A stretch of 64,000 nucleotides of DNA from Anaerolineales bacterium. GTDB taxonomy: Bacteria > Chloroflexota > Anaerolineae > Anaerolineales > UBA11579. Below the pieces are notes generated by a model. That model was not told where the DNA came from. It did no database searches and saw only the letters and a program-made list of their open reading frames with translations. Shown in pieces: positions 63,175-64,000 of this stretch; within the stretch, counting starts at the first letter, position 1, and each line of letters opens with the position of its first letter. The stretch is from contig DAOMSJ010000003.1 of the NCBI GenBank assembly GCA_035446285.1, positions 70,713 through 134,712 of the forward strand. Reading direction: 5' to 3'. Made by a program: the position numbers and the translations under genes.

Positions 63175-63597
63175 AGAATCCTCCAACAAGAAAGACAATG
63201 AGCCGCTGCTGGCGGTTTTGTCAGCAGGGTTACCCCGGCAGCCTTGTGCGCCAGCTTTGATTCTGGAGGGAAATTCGGGGGCGGGTCTCCCGGAGTGGCA
63301 TCCGCTGATCTACGCAAGCACGTGGACGGCCTTCGGCCGGCCACTGCGCTTGCTGATGCAGTTTGCAAAAAGCGCAAACTGCACCTGTATTCGATTTTCG
63401 CAGCCCCGTTAGGGGCTACTTATCTTCGCCGTGAAGCGGAGCGAAGCAATCAGCAAGCCGTGCGGCCACTATACCAGCCACGCGGCGAATGCGCCTTTTG
63501 CCTTCGCCCGCGCAAGCCACGAACAGTTTCACCGTTCGTGAGCTTGCGCAAGAACCAACTCAACCTCGTCACCCGGCAAAATACCGGGCCGTGCGCT
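63175..63597 (-). ncRNA. glmS-ribozyme-like 5' leader, apparently interrupted by a structured insert of about 240 nt
   Basis: Minus strand reads A-GCGCAC, then hairpin CCCGG-UAUUUUG-CCGGG, then U-GACGAGG-UU-GAGUUGG (63597 down to 63555). This is the order of cleavage site, P1 and the conserved GACGAGG in known glmS ribozymes. Further 3' it reads UAGAUC-A-GCGGAUG-CCACUC (63312 down to 63293), matching the conserved ...AUC...GGCGGAUGCC... core. CCACUC can pair with GAGU(U)GG as P2. AGAAUC (63264-63259) pairs with GAUUCU (63180-63175) next to the SD. This has not been verified with a covariance model. Confidence 0.45.
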
Positions 63598-63665
63598 ATT
63601 CCCTCAAATGTAGTATTTGTGTCTATCCGGCTTTTTTCACCTCAGATTTATCTGTAGTTGGCAAG

Positions 63666-63671
63666 ATTATA
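63666..63671 (-). promoter_or_regulatory. Candidate -10 hexamer (TATAAT on the minus strand) for the glmS leader
   Basis: Forward attata at 63666-63671. The nearest TTGAAC-like -35 is 20 nt away, which is a non-ideal spacer. Confidence 0.25.
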
Positions 63672-63856
63672 CCCAGCTAGACGGGTAAATTGTTCAAGTC
63701 AGGTGAACGGCGCACTCAAACCCGCATGGTAAAATCATTCGGTTGTAAGCATCTCTAAGGTTTCTGCAGTACGTTCTCGCGCTGCCACTACATTAATGAA
63801 GACGTTGCATCCTCCTCAAGTCTTTTGCCCTGCGTTGTCAGGGCTGTATGCCGTAG

Positions 63857-64000
<144 letters not shown>

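Noticed and set aside
63313-63351. Second AGCGCA + hairpin (GUGGCCGGCC-GAAG-GCCGUCCAC) as the true glmS ribozyme cleavage site
   Set aside because: It is not followed by the conserved GACGAGG element. The upstream copy (63597-63564) has the full AGCGC-P1-GACGAGG order. It is kept only as an alternative to test by covariance-model search.
63244-63680. Short plus-strand ORFs (137, 88 and 63 aa) in the glmS-mreB intergenic region
   Set aside because: They overlap the hairpin-dense leader, have no SD or motifs, and their composition is dictated by the palindromes.

Overview
This is a gene-dense, GC-rich bacterial chromosomal segment dominated by housekeeping genes. My guess from gene content and repeat style is a Chloroflexota-like monoderm; that is inference only.

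Confidently recognisable genes:
- TCA cycle and central carbon: sucCD, gltA, mdh, korAB, pyk.
- Beta-oxidation pair: 3-hydroxyacyl-CoA dehydrogenase and enoyl-CoA hydratase.
- Isoprenoid and lipid genes: type-2 IPP isomerase, a polyprenyl synthase, acpP.
- Cell biology: ftsZ, partial mreB, glmS.
- Redox and Fe-S: trxB, ygfZ-like, hemW-like, Mrp/ApbC, PSP1/RicT-like, an IscX-like protein, and an isolated nuoB-nuoCD-nuoI trio.
- Several GT-C type membrane glycosyltransferase-like proteins, LysM/CAP wall proteins, transporters (MFS, EamA, AzlCD, Na/Pi), regulators (FadR/GntR, ArsR types) and one tRNA-Gly(CCC).

I saw no rRNA, CRISPR array, prophage or complete IS. The only mobile-type gene is a lone RAYT/IS200-like HUH transposase.

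Most interesting observations:
1. A promoter-to-terminator five-gene operon (26.1-29.1 kb). It encodes a DUF2089-like Zn-ribbon/HTH protein, a DUF4097/LiaX-YvlB-like beta-repeat protein, a 2-TM protein and two small proteins. Three of the products share a helical motif of about 26 aa that occurs four times. This is a candidate uncharacterised envelope-stress or signalling module.
2. The roughly 430-nt glmS leader carries the 5' and 3' signature motifs of the glmS ribozyme, separated by a hairpin-dense insert of about 240 nt.
3. An orphan complex-I Q-module (NuoB, NuoCD, NuoI) sits among Fe-S assembly genes, with no membrane or NADH-module genes nearby.
4. A family of heptamer-based inverted-array repeats (GAGATTN and TGANNAG units) sits at gene boundaries, and a RAYT gene carries an internal GC-rich palindrome.
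5. A low-GC islet lies next to two convergent, apparently frameshifted membrane-protein genes. One is a K+-channel-like protein with a non-canonical filter.

Many long ORFs in the supplied track are antisense shadows of real genes and were rejected.
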